55,758 nucleotides of DNA from Candidatus Acidiferrales bacterium (GTDB lineage Bacteria > Acidobacteriota > Terriglobia > Acidiferrales > UBA7541), in assembly GCA_035710585.1 (NCBI GenBank), contig DASTCZ010000055.1, positions 1 to 55,758 of the forward strand, in the 5' to 3' direction. Position 1 is the first letter of the stretch, and every line of letters starts with the position of its first letter. A program made the translations under genes and the position numbers. Of the stretch, positions 9,497 to 18,235 are shown in pieces. The notes under the pieces are model-generated. The model ran no database searches. It had not been told where the DNA came from and was given only the letters and a program-made list of their open reading frames with translations.

Positions 9497-9512
9497 TGCA
9501 GGCCGCGTGCCA
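9497..9512 (-). promoter_or_regulatory. Sigma54 (-24/-12) promoter candidate
   Basis: The minus strand reads TGGCACGCGGCCTGCA, against the consensus TGGCACG-N4-TTGCA. The GG and GC elements have correct spacing and there is a single mismatch. The site is intergenic and lies in the same locus as a sigma54 activator gene. Confidence 0.55.
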
Positions 9513-9719
9513 AAATTCCATGATGGGATCGCATTGAAAACGAATGGTTTAGCGGAGCCACGATACACGGATGCAGGGTATTGCTGACGCAAAGTTACAC
9601 AGGCTGTTCCATTCCGAACACGAAAGTGCTCATTTTCAACCACTTTCCTTCTCGCCGACACAACGCCTGCGCAATCAGGCCGTCGTGGCTCGCTTGAATT
9701 CGATTAAGATATTTTCTCG

Positions 9720-10418
9720 ATGACCTCTACCCGGCATAACCCGAACCAGATTGAAGCGATTGTATTCGACATTGGCCGCGTCATCGTAAAGCTCGATCCC
9801 ATACGCGCTCTCGCACACATTGCGAAGATGACGGCTGGGCGAAATGGCCGCGCACCTAAATCGGCCGTGAATCCCGAGAAGGATCGCGAAAAAAATAAGG
9901 CACTCGGCCGCGAGCTGTATCACGCAATTCAGCGCGATCCGATGTGGGTCGATTGGCAAGAAGGACGCGTGACGCCCGCGGAGTGGCACCGCAAACTTTG
10001 CAAGCGCTTCAACGTCAAGGCCTCGTTTGCGGACTTTCGCGGCGCATGGAACAGCACCATCGTGTCGGAACCCGAATTGTTGCTTCCGCCGAGGCTATTT
10101 GCGCAGCTTCACTCGCGGTATCGGTTGGTGCTGCTTTCCAATACCGACCCGCTTCACGTCGAGCACATGCGTTCGAACTTCAGGTTCCTCCGGCATTTCG
10201 ACGCCGCCGTATTTTCCTGCGAAATCGGTGCGAGCAAACCCTCTTCAAGAATATTCCGCGCCGCGGTTCGAGCCGCAGAGACCTCTCCGAAGCAAATTCT
10301 CTTCATCGATGACATTAGGGAATACGCCTGGGCCGCCCGCAGAAACGGTTTGCAAGCCATCCAATTTCGAAACCGCTTTCAACTCGAACGCGAACTGAAA
10401 CAGCGCGCGCTTTTGTAG
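9720..10418 (+). CDS. HAD-superfamily hydrolase (subfamily IA-like)
   Basis: 232 aa. Motif I is VFDIGRV, motif II is LLSNTD and motif IV is FIDD. Confidence 0.75.
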   Translation: MTSTRHNPNQIEAIVFDIGRVIVKLDPIRALAHIAKMTAGRNGRAPKSAVNPEKDREKNKALGRELYHAIQRDPMWVDWQEGRVTPAEWHRKLCKRFNVKASFADFRGAWNSTIVSEPELLLPPRLFAQLHSRYRLVLLSNTDPLHVEHMRSNFRFLRHFDAAVFSCEIGASKPSSRIFRAAVRAAETSPKQILFIDDIREYAWAARRNGLQAIQFRNRFQLERELKQRALL

Positions 10419-10443
10419 CCAAGCACTTCGACCGCTCACGCGC

Positions 10444-10473
10444 AAAAAAAAGCGGAGCGCCGAAGCGCTCCGC
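10444..10473 (-). terminator. Rho-independent terminator
   Basis: A 9-bp GC stem (GCGGAGCGC/GCGCTCCGC) with loop CGAA is followed by T8 on the minus strand. It lies 30 nt downstream of the stop of the 10505-11737 gene. Confidence 0.75.
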
Positions 10474-10504
10474 GTCTCCCGCCTGAGGCTGCTGGTCGTT
10501 GAGA

Positions 10505-11737
10505 TTAGTGTCCGCGTCCGTGACCACCGCCGCGGGATCCGCCGCCACCGTGGAAGCTGCCTCCGCCGCTAAAACCACGGCTGCCGCCGCTGAACCCCCC
10601 GCGGAAGCTGCCACCCACGTTTCCTCGGGTTGCGAACCCGCCGCGCGTTTCAATTCGCGCATGCGGCGCGTCGCCTCCGCGTGGTGCGAAATTGCCGCGA
10701 GGTTCAACGCGTTCGAATGACCGTCCGCGGAATTCGTCACGCCCGCGGAATCCGCGATCATAGACGCCGCGCCCGTAGAACCGTCCGAACCCTCCGACGA
10801 AAAAATGGCTGCGGTAGAAAAGTGGCGTCCGGTAAATCACGAACGGCGAATAGAACCCAAATCCGAACGGGCTATAGAACAGTCCGTCGCCCGGCACCCA
10901 TGTGTACATGCCGTAATAAGGATCCCAATACCAGCCTGGGCCGTACCACGAAGGTCCGTAGGCCGGCACCGGTTGCGGACCGTAGCCGTAATCCGTGCCG
11001 TAACCATTCGCGTTCGCTTGAGAGTCGTTGCCGTAAGTGTTGGCCTGATTCGGTTCGTTCGGCCGCTGCTCGTTGCCGGTGCCGATCTCTGCCGGCGCTA
11101 CGTCCTGGTTGGCTTGAGCCAGTTGGTTCGAACGCTGATCGTTCCACACATAGAAGTCGTCGTGGCGAGACGCCGGATCAAACGCCGTCGCCTGCAGGTC
11201 GGAGCCGTTCAACATTACTTGACGGCCGCTAGCGAGTTGGATTTCGCGTCCACTGTCATTGACGCGAGCGTCGCCGGCGAACACCGACACCTGCCTGCGG
11301 TCTGCGTCAAACTCATAGAGTCCTTTGGCGGAAAGGTCGGTGACTACGCCCTTTTCCGTCACGCGTACTTCGCCGGCATTTGCAATTTCGATCGCGATTC
11401 GCCCGCGATCGAGCCCAATCTCTGCTTCATTCTGCGACGGAGAGACCAGCTCAACCGCGCTGTTGTTGTCCAACCGGACGAATGCGCCTGCCGTGAGTAA
11501 CATTTCTGCGCGGCCCTGCGTGGTCGAAAGCACCTGACCCGCCTGCAAAACCGCTGAGCCGACGTCCTGGGAGCTCAGCGCCTGGCCATCGAGCGATACA
11601 GCGCCCTCGACGTAGTTGACCGAGCCAACCTGAGGCGGACGCGCGTTCTGTTCGCTATCCTGCGCTGCCACCGCCGGAACCATCAAAAGGCCTGCCAGAA
11701 ACAAGCCGCTGAAAATCTCAAAGTTAGAAAGCCTCAT
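10505..11737 (-). CDS. Secreted FecR-domain protein with aromatic/Gly-rich and RGG-rich C-terminal tail
   Basis: I place the start at the ATG at 11735-11737 (MRLSNFEIFSGLFLAGLLMVPAVAAQ, a signal peptide), not at the track start 11911. The FecR-like segment is VNYVEGAVSLDGQAL...GRAEMLLTAGAFVRLDNNSAVEL. The C-terminus contains PGWYWDPYYGMYTWVP and an RGG/FG/GGS repeat tail. Confidence 0.75.
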   Translation of the reverse strand: MRLSNFEIFSGLFLAGLLMVPAVAAQDSEQNARPPQVGSVNYVEGAVSLDGQALSSQDVGSAVLQAGQVLSTTQGRAEMLLTAGAFVRLDNNSAVELVSPSQNEAEIGLDRGRIAIEIANAGEVRVTEKGVVTDLSAKGLYEFDADRRQVSVFAGDARVNDSGREIQLASGRQVMLNGSDLQATAFDPASRHDDFYVWNDQRSNQLAQANQDVAPAEIGTGNEQRPNEPNQANTYGNDSQANANGYGTDYGYGPQPVPAYGPSWYGPGWYWDPYYGMYTWVPGDGLFYSPFGFGFYSPFVIYRTPLFYRSHFFVGGFGRFYGRGVYDRGFRGRDEFRGRSFERVEPRGNFAPRGGDAPHARIETRGGFATRGNVGGSFRGGFSGGSRGFSGGGSFHGGGGSRGGGHGRGH

Positions 11738-11931
11738 ATGTCTGCCCTCGTCTCTACCTTCGATGCCTTTCCGTGCAATCGAGATTCCGGTTTGTAAGTA
11801 GGTGCTTACATTGAAGATGCGGACAAGCATCCGGAATATCAATGAGTTGCAAAGGCGCTGCCGAGGCGGAATTTGCGCGATTTGGCAGGGCGGCTGGTGG
11901 ATTTCAACCACCCAATTGCGAGAAAGCGGAC

Positions 11932-12477
11932 TTATTGTGGGGCCGTGACGGTTCCCGATCCCGGCACAACCGCAAATCCGTCCCCGGTGCGCTCAATCGT
12001 AGGCGCATAGGCCCCGAGCAATTGCCGCCGCCACCATAAACCCTGTGACTGCTTTTCCGCCATGGACGTAAACCAGTACTGCCATAGCACCGCTCGGACT
12101 TCCTTTGGCGGCTGGCCCGGAAAGGGATTACCAGCAAATAGCTGGAGTACGTCACCATCGTTTTCGAGCAGCTTTTCCTCTGTCCGAACCGCGAGCGGAT
12201 CCTCCCGCCAGGAACTGAGCGATGCGAACCACAAGTTCCAATCGAAACGTGGCTGGTACGGAGCGTAAATCCGTGGAGCTTCATTCAAAGCCTGCGGCTT
12301 GAATTTGAAGGGGTAGGCTTGCCAGGTCTGGCCGTCGTTCGATCCCTGAAATTCAATTTCGTAGCGCGCGGGCGTCATCATCTCGAATAGCCCGTACTGG
12401 TTCGCGACGCGAAACGCATCCAGCACCTGTACTGGCGCGTGCGGCAGCGGCGCCAGCGGCCACGCCATCCAGATCAT
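11932..12477 (-). CDS. Lipase maturation factor (LMF1) family protein, C-terminal fragment
   Basis: 181 aa. The sequence FRVANQYGLFEMMTPARYEIEFQGSNDGQTW...YAPYQPRFDWNLWFASL matches the conserved LMF1 C-terminal region. Its frame differs from that of the N-terminal fragment. Confidence 0.7.
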   Translation of the reverse strand: MIWMAWPLAPLPHAPVQVLDAFRVANQYGLFEMMTPARYEIEFQGSNDGQTWQAYPFKFKPQALNEAPRIYAPYQPRFDWNLWFASLSSWREDPLAVRTEEKLLENDGDVLQLFAGNPFPGQPPKEVRAVLWQYWFTSMAEKQSQGLWWRRQLLGAYAPTIERTGDGFAVVPGSGTVTAPQ

Positions 12478-12491
12478 TTGCGCAGTAGAGA

Positions 12492-13565
12492 CTAAAACAC
12501 CCAGCCCAGAGTAACGCCGATCACAGCGAGCTTGAACGCGTTCAAATGCGGCCGAAATTCCTCATAAAAGGATGGCCGACGTGCTGAGCCTTGCGCCTCG
12601 TTCGGCGACGATTGAGCGACTCCTGCCGCGGCTACCCTCTCCGCAAACCTCTGCTTTGATATGGCAGGTAAGAACTGCGCGCAGAACTGATCGTCAAGCA
12701 AAAGAAAGCCAAGCGACAGCACGAGATAGTTCAAGAACGTGTAATTTGCCGTCAGGATGATCCCTATCTCCCACGGCGTGACGATGAAAAACAAAATGAT
12801 GCGAAATCGCCGCGGTAGCAGAAACATCCAGATCAACCCAATCTCGAGTCCCAGCGTAAGCGCGACTGTAATTGCGTGGAACCAATGCGGCAGGTGCTGC
12901 GCGTACCATCCGATCCATGTCGGCAAGGGACCGTTCTGGTAGTAATCGTCCATCGCGCTGAAGTTTCGCCAGTGCGGGTCGTGACTTAGCAACTTTCCAA
13001 TTCCCGATTCGAAATAAATGCGCAACCATTCCCATTGCAGGAGGAAATACGCAAGCCGCAACGGCGGCGACTTCTCGCCCCAGCCGGGACGCCAACCGCG
13101 GGGCGCGAAAAACATCGCCAGAAATCCAGCTTCCAGAAGCATTCCGTCCGATTGATAAGCCGCGAACTCTCCCGCTGCCGCGATGAAGGACAAATAGCAA
13201 ATGAAACTGATGAGAAGAGTTCCGCGCGGCCACAAGTTCAAGACGACCAGCACCGACGCGATCATTCCCACGAAACAAAGTGCCATCAGGGCCCGGTTTC
13301 CAGACCTGACCCACAGAAGCGTTGGCGTCAGCAAAAATCGGCTCGGACCGAACGCTCGGCTCGCGGCATCAAGGTATTCCCGAGCTGGGAAAATTCCGTT
13401 GGCGCCGATCAAGCCTCGAATTTGAAATACCAGCGGGAAAAATGCGGAGAAATAGATCAGGCCGAGCGCACGAAGGAAAATCCAGCGAGGCAGAAATCGC
13501 TCGCGCGAGCCATGCTCCGTATCGAGCAGCCACCGAATGCCCGTTGCCGGCGAAGCCTCTCTCAT
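12492..13565 (-). CDS. Lipase maturation factor (LMF1) family protein, N-terminal polytopic membrane fragment
   Basis: 357 aa with many TM helices. It ends at a TAG that overlaps an A4 run (plus strand 12494-12497), 14 nt before the ATG of the C-terminal fragment. Confidence 0.7.
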   Translation of the reverse strand: MREASPATGIRWLLDTEHGSRERFLPRWIFLRALGLIYFSAFFPLVFQIRGLIGANGIFPAREYLDAASRAFGPSRFLLTPTLLWVRSGNRALMALCFVGMIASVLVVLNLWPRGTLLISFICYLSFIAAAGEFAAYQSDGMLLEAGFLAMFFAPRGWRPGWGEKSPPLRLAYFLLQWEWLRIYFESGIGKLLSHDPHWRNFSAMDDYYQNGPLPTWIGWYAQHLPHWFHAITVALTLGLEIGLIWMFLLPRRFRIILFFIVTPWEIGIILTANYTFLNYLVLSLGFLLLDDQFCAQFLPAISKQRFAERVAAAGVAQSSPNEAQGSARRPSFYEEFRPHLNAFKLAVIGVTLGWVF

Positions 13566-13631
13566 CGCCCGGCATTATATCGGCAACCGCTCTTTCGCAC
13601 GTCCCGGGACTAGTCCGTACAGGACTGACAA

Positions 13632-15587
13632 GTGTCTGCGATTTCAGTAGGTTTACAGCCCGCTGCGGAGAGCATCTCAGGTTTTCTCCGTATGGCCCCC
13701 CAGCCCGCGCACCCGGATACTAGCGCCCGACCGCAGCGATTCTGTAATCCGGAGCCTCAGACCGTGCGAGCGAATACTCAGCCTTCCTCAAGCTCTACGC
13801 GCACCGCTGCCATCAACGGCAATCTCTATCGCGGATTTTTTCAGTCCTACGGGCTGCGCGAGAATCCGTTTTCGATTAGTCCTGACCCGAAATATCTTTT
13901 GCCCACTGCGCAAACGCAAGAAGCGCTCGCGCAGCTGTCGTACGGTGTCACCCACCGCAAGGGCTTCATGCTGCTTTCCGGCGAGACCGGCACCGGAAAG
14001 ACGACGGTCCTCAATTCGCTCCAGGAATGGTTGCGCTCGGAAAATATCCCGACCGTATTTGTCTTCAATCCTCACTTGCGCATGAATCACGTGCTCGGCT
14101 TCATCCTCTCTGAGCTTGGAGTGCCGTTTAATCCTGCCACCACCGACGACGCTCGCGTCACGCTGATCCACTGGCTCGTTGCGCTGAAGCGCCGCGGCTT
14201 AACTGCCGTCGTGATTCTCGATGAGGCGCAGGGTTTTTCGAGAGAGATGCTCGAAGAGATCAGGATGCTTTTGACGTTCGAAGTCGAAGGCGAGCCGCTA
14301 CTCCAGGTGATCCTCGCTGGACAGCCGGAGCTCGAACGGAAGCTGCGCCAGCCGGAGCTTCGCCAGCTCTGGCAACGCATTACTCTTCGCTGCCGGATGG
14401 CTCCGTTCACGCGCGAACAGACGGCCGCATACATTGCATCGCGATTGCGCACGGCCGGCGCGCCCGATGATCCGGTATTCAGTTCGGGAGCCGTGACAGC
14501 AGTTCACGCCTATTCGATGGGGATTCCGCGCGTGATGAATCTGCTGTGCGAGCATTCGCTTATCAACGCATACGTTGAAAATGCCCGGCCGATTCCCGCG
14601 CGAATCGTGGACGAAGTCGCGCGCGAATTCGAGCTGGATTACGCGCGTTCCGGTTCCCGCACTGCGGAAACCGTCGAAACTGAGGAATGGTTTTCACCCG
14701 CCGCTCTCGCTCGAGCCGCCGGAAACCGAAAGGCATCTCCTGCGCCGGTGTCTGCGCTCGAGCTCACTGCCCCGGCGCCTTCTACCGAAGGATTCTCACG
14801 CGCCCCGCTAGCGCCGCCCACTCAAAGCCTTGCACAGATCGAACACTTACAACCAGGAGACGCCGCAAGCATTGAGCCGGAACACCTGCACAGTACAACT
14901 CCGGCTGAGGATCCGTGTGAATTTGCGGAGCTCACCGTCCCCGCGATGGGGGAGCCCGAATGGGCGATGGGTGAGCCGCAGGAGCGTAGGATCGATGCCG
15001 TCCGCGCGCTCGATGACTTACTTCCGACCGCGCCACCCGTCCGAGCTGCCGGTCCCGGAAATGAAGAGTCTGCGCTTAAACTTTCTGCGACGGTCTCGCA
15101 CGCCAGCAGCCCTTCCGCCGCGGAATTGCCCTTGGCCGCAAAGGAATCTGCCGCCGAAACTGAAGAACGGCGAGAACTTGTGTTGGTTCTACGCCGGCGT
15201 TTCGACGAATTCGCCGTCTTCGCAGTTCGCGCTTCTCACAGCGCGGTGCGGCGGTGCCGGTACGCGGGAGAATGGGTTCGCTACGGCGTGCTGGTGTCGT
15301 GGGATTGGACGGCTGATCGCGCCTCAGTTGCTAGAGACGGAATCGCCGCCTTGATGGCGAACGTAAAGACTTCGCAGCTGCATGCAACTTCGCGCGATCG
15401 AGCGGTTGCTCTGTGGCAGTCTGCCGCGGGATTTGGGATGGAAATCTGCATCCGCGCAGCCGTTTACGCGTCTTTGGTCGCGGATGCCTGCGCGGCCTCC
15501 GCTCGAGCGATGACGCGCTGGTTACGCTCGCCGATGGCCACGCATCGTCCTGCAGCGCGCCAGCAGTTCGCCGGCTTGAAAAAATAG
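13632..15587 (+). CDS. ExeA/GspA-like AAA ATPase with long Ala/Pro/Glu-rich C-terminal region
   Basis: 651 aa with a GTG start. The N-terminal region YGLRENPFSISPDPKYLLPTAQTQEALAQL, Walker A GETGTGKT and Walker B VILDEAQ are typical of the ExeA family. About 320 aa of the C-terminus is unassignable. The start position is uncertain. Confidence 0.75.
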   Translation: MSAISVGLQPAAESISGFLRMAPQPAHPDTSARPQRFCNPEPQTVRANTQPSSSSTRTAAINGNLYRGFFQSYGLRENPFSISPDPKYLLPTAQTQEALAQLSYGVTHRKGFMLLSGETGTGKTTVLNSLQEWLRSENIPTVFVFNPHLRMNHVLGFILSELGVPFNPATTDDARVTLIHWLVALKRRGLTAVVILDEAQGFSREMLEEIRMLLTFEVEGEPLLQVILAGQPELERKLRQPELRQLWQRITLRCRMAPFTREQTAAYIASRLRTAGAPDDPVFSSGAVTAVHAYSMGIPRVMNLLCEHSLINAYVENARPIPARIVDEVAREFELDYARSGSRTAETVETEEWFSPAALARAAGNRKASPAPVSALELTAPAPSTEGFSRAPLAPPTQSLAQIEHLQPGDAASIEPEHLHSTTPAEDPCEFAELTVPAMGEPEWAMGEPQERRIDAVRALDDLLPTAPPVRAAGPGNEESALKLSATVSHASSPSAAELPLAAKESAAETEERRELVLVLRRRFDEFAVFAVRASHSAVRRCRYAGEWVRYGVLVSWDWTADRASVARDGIAALMANVKTSQLHATSRDRAVALWQSAAGFGMEICIRAAVYASLVADACAASARAMTRWLRSPMATHRPAARQQFAGLKK

Positions 15588-16496
15588 CTAGACCTTAGCA
15601 AGTTTTTTCGCCGCCGCCGCGAGCGACTGCCTGCTCCTGGAGTAGTTTTCCCAGGGATCCAGCGCCTCAAGTCGCTGCGCGAAATTCCCGATATTGAATT
15701 TTGCGGGATCGAGTGTCGGCTTGATCTCCGCCCAATCGAGCGGCGTCGAGACGGGCGCGTGCGGCTTCCGGCGCACCGAGTATGGAGTCACAACGGTTTG
15801 CGCGAATCCGTTTCGAAAAGGATCTATGTAGACACGCCCCTTCCTTGCCGCGATGGAATGCTCGGTCGTCGTTTCCTTCGGATGCGCTGCCGCTACAGCA
15901 TTGGCGACTTGATGCGCGAATTTCAGCACGTCGTCCGCATCGTGCTTTGCCTTCAACGGCACAAAAATGTGCAGTCCCCTGCTTCCCGAGGTCTTCGGAA
16001 ATGACGTCAACCCGATCGAGTCGAGCAGTTCCTTGACGAAAATTCCCGCGCGCGCGGCATCTGCGAAATTCCCAGACTCCGGATCCAAATCGAAACACAA
16101 CCAGTCCGATTCGTGAGGCGCGCCTTCGCGCCCGGGCATCGCGTGAATTGCGATGCACCCGAAATTCACGAGCGCAAGCTGTGTGGAAAGCGATCCGCCC
16201 ACTATATATTCCGTGATTCGCGTGCTCCCTTTAATCTTCTTCGTCGGCGTTCCCGCCGGGAGTGCCTTCGGCGCCTGCTTCTGATAGAAACACTGTCCCG
16301 CCATGCCGTCCGGACATCGCTCCATCGTCAGCAGATGTCCCTTCACATACGGCGCGAGCTTCGGAAACACCATCGCGTAGAAATTCGCGAGATCGAGTTT
16401 TGTGTACCCCTCCTCCGGCCAAAACACTTTGTCTGGATGCGAAATCTCGACCGGCAGCTTCGTCGCTCCCGCTTGTGCACTGGATTTCGATTTCAT
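15588..16496 (-). CDS. NHEJ DNA polymerase/primase (LigD Pol domain, stand-alone)
   Basis: I place the start at the ATG at 16494-16496 (MKSKSS...), which forms an ATGA overlap with the ligase stop. The motifs DKVFWPEEGYTKLDL, TSGSRGLHIFVPL and GRVYIDPFRN are typical of the LigD AEP polymerase. Confidence 0.88.
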   Translation of the reverse strand: MKSKSSAQAGATKLPVEISHPDKVFWPEEGYTKLDLANFYAMVFPKLAPYVKGHLLTMERCPDGMAGQCFYQKQAPKALPAGTPTKKIKGSTRITEYIVGGSLSTQLALVNFGCIAIHAMPGREGAPHESDWLCFDLDPESGNFADAARAGIFVKELLDSIGLTSFPKTSGSRGLHIFVPLKAKHDADDVLKFAHQVANAVAAAHPKETTTEHSIAARKGRVYIDPFRNGFAQTVVTPYSVRRKPHAPVSTPLDWAEIKPTLDPAKFNIGNFAQRLEALDPWENYSRSRQSLAAAAKKLAKV

Positions 16497-17440
16497 ATTT
16501 TTATCGCTCGCGGCAATTTCACTTCGCGCGCGGCCTTGTCGTCGCGCAATCCGAGAAACACTGGTTGCCTCAGCTTGCCGTCCGCTGTCCACTCCTGATA
16601 CGCAAATTGCCCCACCAGCTTCGGCTCAATCCACGTGACGCCCGCCTCTCGCGGCGGATTCTCGAACGGAGGGCCACTGCGCTTCAGCGCTTGGAATTTC
16701 CGGTGGAGCTGCCTAAGCGTTTCGCCGCTGAATCCCGTTCCAACTTTTCCGGTGAATCGTAGCCCGTTCTTTGAATAAGCACCCACTAGAAGTGCGCCAA
16801 AATGCGTGCGCGCCCCCTCCGGTCGCGTGTAGCCGCCAATGACAAATTCATCTTCCTGGTGGACCTTCACCTTCAGCCAATTCGACGACCGTCCCTCGAC
16901 ATACGGTGACGCTGCGTCCTTCGCCACCAGTCCCTCAAGTCCTTTTTTCTTCGCAGCCTTGAATGCGTCGATCCCATTGGAAGGAAGTCTTCGCGATACA
17001 AAAAGAATCTTGCGGTCCGCACCGTGCAGTGCCTTCTCCATCGCTTCACGCCGGAGCTCCAGTTTCTCTCGCCGAAGATCCTTTCCATCTAAATAGAGAC
17101 AATCAAATACCGCGTACGCCGGAGTTCCCTTACTCATTTGCAGCAATTGAAATCGCGAAATCCCCGCGGCGTCAAACGCCACCACCTCCCCATCGATCAA
17201 CAAAGTCTGCGGCCGCAGTTTCGCGATCTCACCCGCGATTCGCGGGAACGAGTGCGTGCGATCGATCCCATTTCGTGAAATCAGCCGCACTTCCTTGGCC
17301 TCTTTGTATGCCAAGATGCGAATGCCATCGTATTTTTCTTCGTAGATCCAGCCGGGCGTATCAAATGGCTCCGCCACCAGCTTCGCGAGCATGGGTTTCA
17401 CCTCGAATGGAATGCGATGCTTCGTTTTTGCCATCGCCAT
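16493..17440 (-). CDS. ligD: ATP-dependent DNA ligase (LigD ligase domain, stand-alone)
   Basis: 315 aa. It has the adenylation motif I EEKYDGIR (KxDG), motif EGLVAK and an OB-fold C-terminus. Confidence 0.9.
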   Translation of the reverse strand: MAMAKTKHRIPFEVKPMLAKLVAEPFDTPGWIYEEKYDGIRILAYKEAKEVRLISRNGIDRTHSFPRIAGEIAKLRPQTLLIDGEVVAFDAAGISRFQLLQMSKGTPAYAVFDCLYLDGKDLRREKLELRREAMEKALHGADRKILFVSRRLPSNGIDAFKAAKKKGLEGLVAKDAASPYVEGRSSNWLKVKVHQEDEFVIGGYTRPEGARTHFGALLVGAYSKNGLRFTGKVGTGFSGETLRQLHRKFQALKRSGPPFENPPREAGVTWIEPKLVGQFAYQEWTADGKLRQPVFLGLRDDKAAREVKLPRAIKI

Positions 17441-17452
17441 GCGCGCCGCTTC

Positions 17453-18235
17453 CTATTTTTTTCTCGCCGTCTTGCGCTTTGCGGGAACGGATGTCCGCGG
17501 TCGCTTCGTGCCCGAACCTGCTTGCGCCCGCGCGCTTTCTTTCGCAGAACTCGATCCGCTGCGCGGCGCAGCGGCCTGAGCCGGGTCTCCTGCCGCAGCT
17601 TTCTCCACATTTCCATTGTTCGCTCGCGCGATATCGGCCAAGAGTTTTTGCGAAACCACCGACTTCGGCTGCTCCGCAGTCACCTCGCGAGTGGATATGA
17701 AATTATCTCTGTGTTTGATCAGCAGCCACGATGGCCGCCCGGACGAACCCCTCCAGCCGCCCGTCCGCACCAGCACCCACGACCCCTTTAGCTTCGCACC
17801 GTGGAGCGTGAATTTTAGATCGCCCTTTTTGAGCGCCTCATTCACATCCAGCACTTCCGGCGTCCACGTTCCGCGGTCCCAGATCATCACCGTACCGCCG
17901 CCGTACTCGCCTTCCGGAATCACTCCCTCAAACGTGTTGTACTCAATCGGATGGTCCTCCACAGGCATCGCCAATCTCTTCACAGAGGGATCGAGCGACG
18001 GACCTTTTGGCACCGCCCACGAAAGCATCACGCCGCCCCATTCCAGCCGCAGGTCGTAGTGCAGCCGCGTCGCCTGATGCTTCTGAATCACGTATGCCAG
18101 CGGCTTTGAAGCTTTCGCCGCAGCGTGCTTTTCCTCGCGCCCGACTGGCTCGGGTGTTACATCGAATCGACGCTTCCGCTTATATTCTTTCAGGCTCATC
18201 GAAATCGCCTCTCTCGTTCGATAGTTTAACGGCAA
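17453..18235 (-). CDS. LigD 3'-phosphoesterase (PE) domain protein with basic C-terminal tail
   Basis: 260 aa. It contains FVIQKH-type YVIQKHQATRLHYDLRLE and SWAVPKGPS. The tail is ...GTKRPRTSVPAKRKTARKK. Confidence 0.88.
   Translation of the reverse strand: MPLNYRTREAISMSLKEYKRKRRFDVTPEPVGREEKHAAAKASKPLAYVIQKHQATRLHYDLRLEWGGVMLSWAVPKGPSLDPSVKRLAMPVEDHPIEYNTFEGVIPEGEYGGGTVMIWDRGTWTPEVLDVNEALKKGDLKFTLHGAKLKGSWVLVRTGGWRGSSGRPSWLLIKHRDNFISTREVTAEQPKSVVSQKLLADIARANNGNVEKAAAGDPAQAAAPRSGSSSAKESARAQAGSGTKRPRTSVPAKRKTARKK

Noticed and set aside
13571-13586. GGCATTATATCGGCAA upstream of the ExeA-like gene has GG and GC at sigma54 spacing.
   Set aside because: Only the core dinucleotides plus CA match. 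The information content is too low to call.
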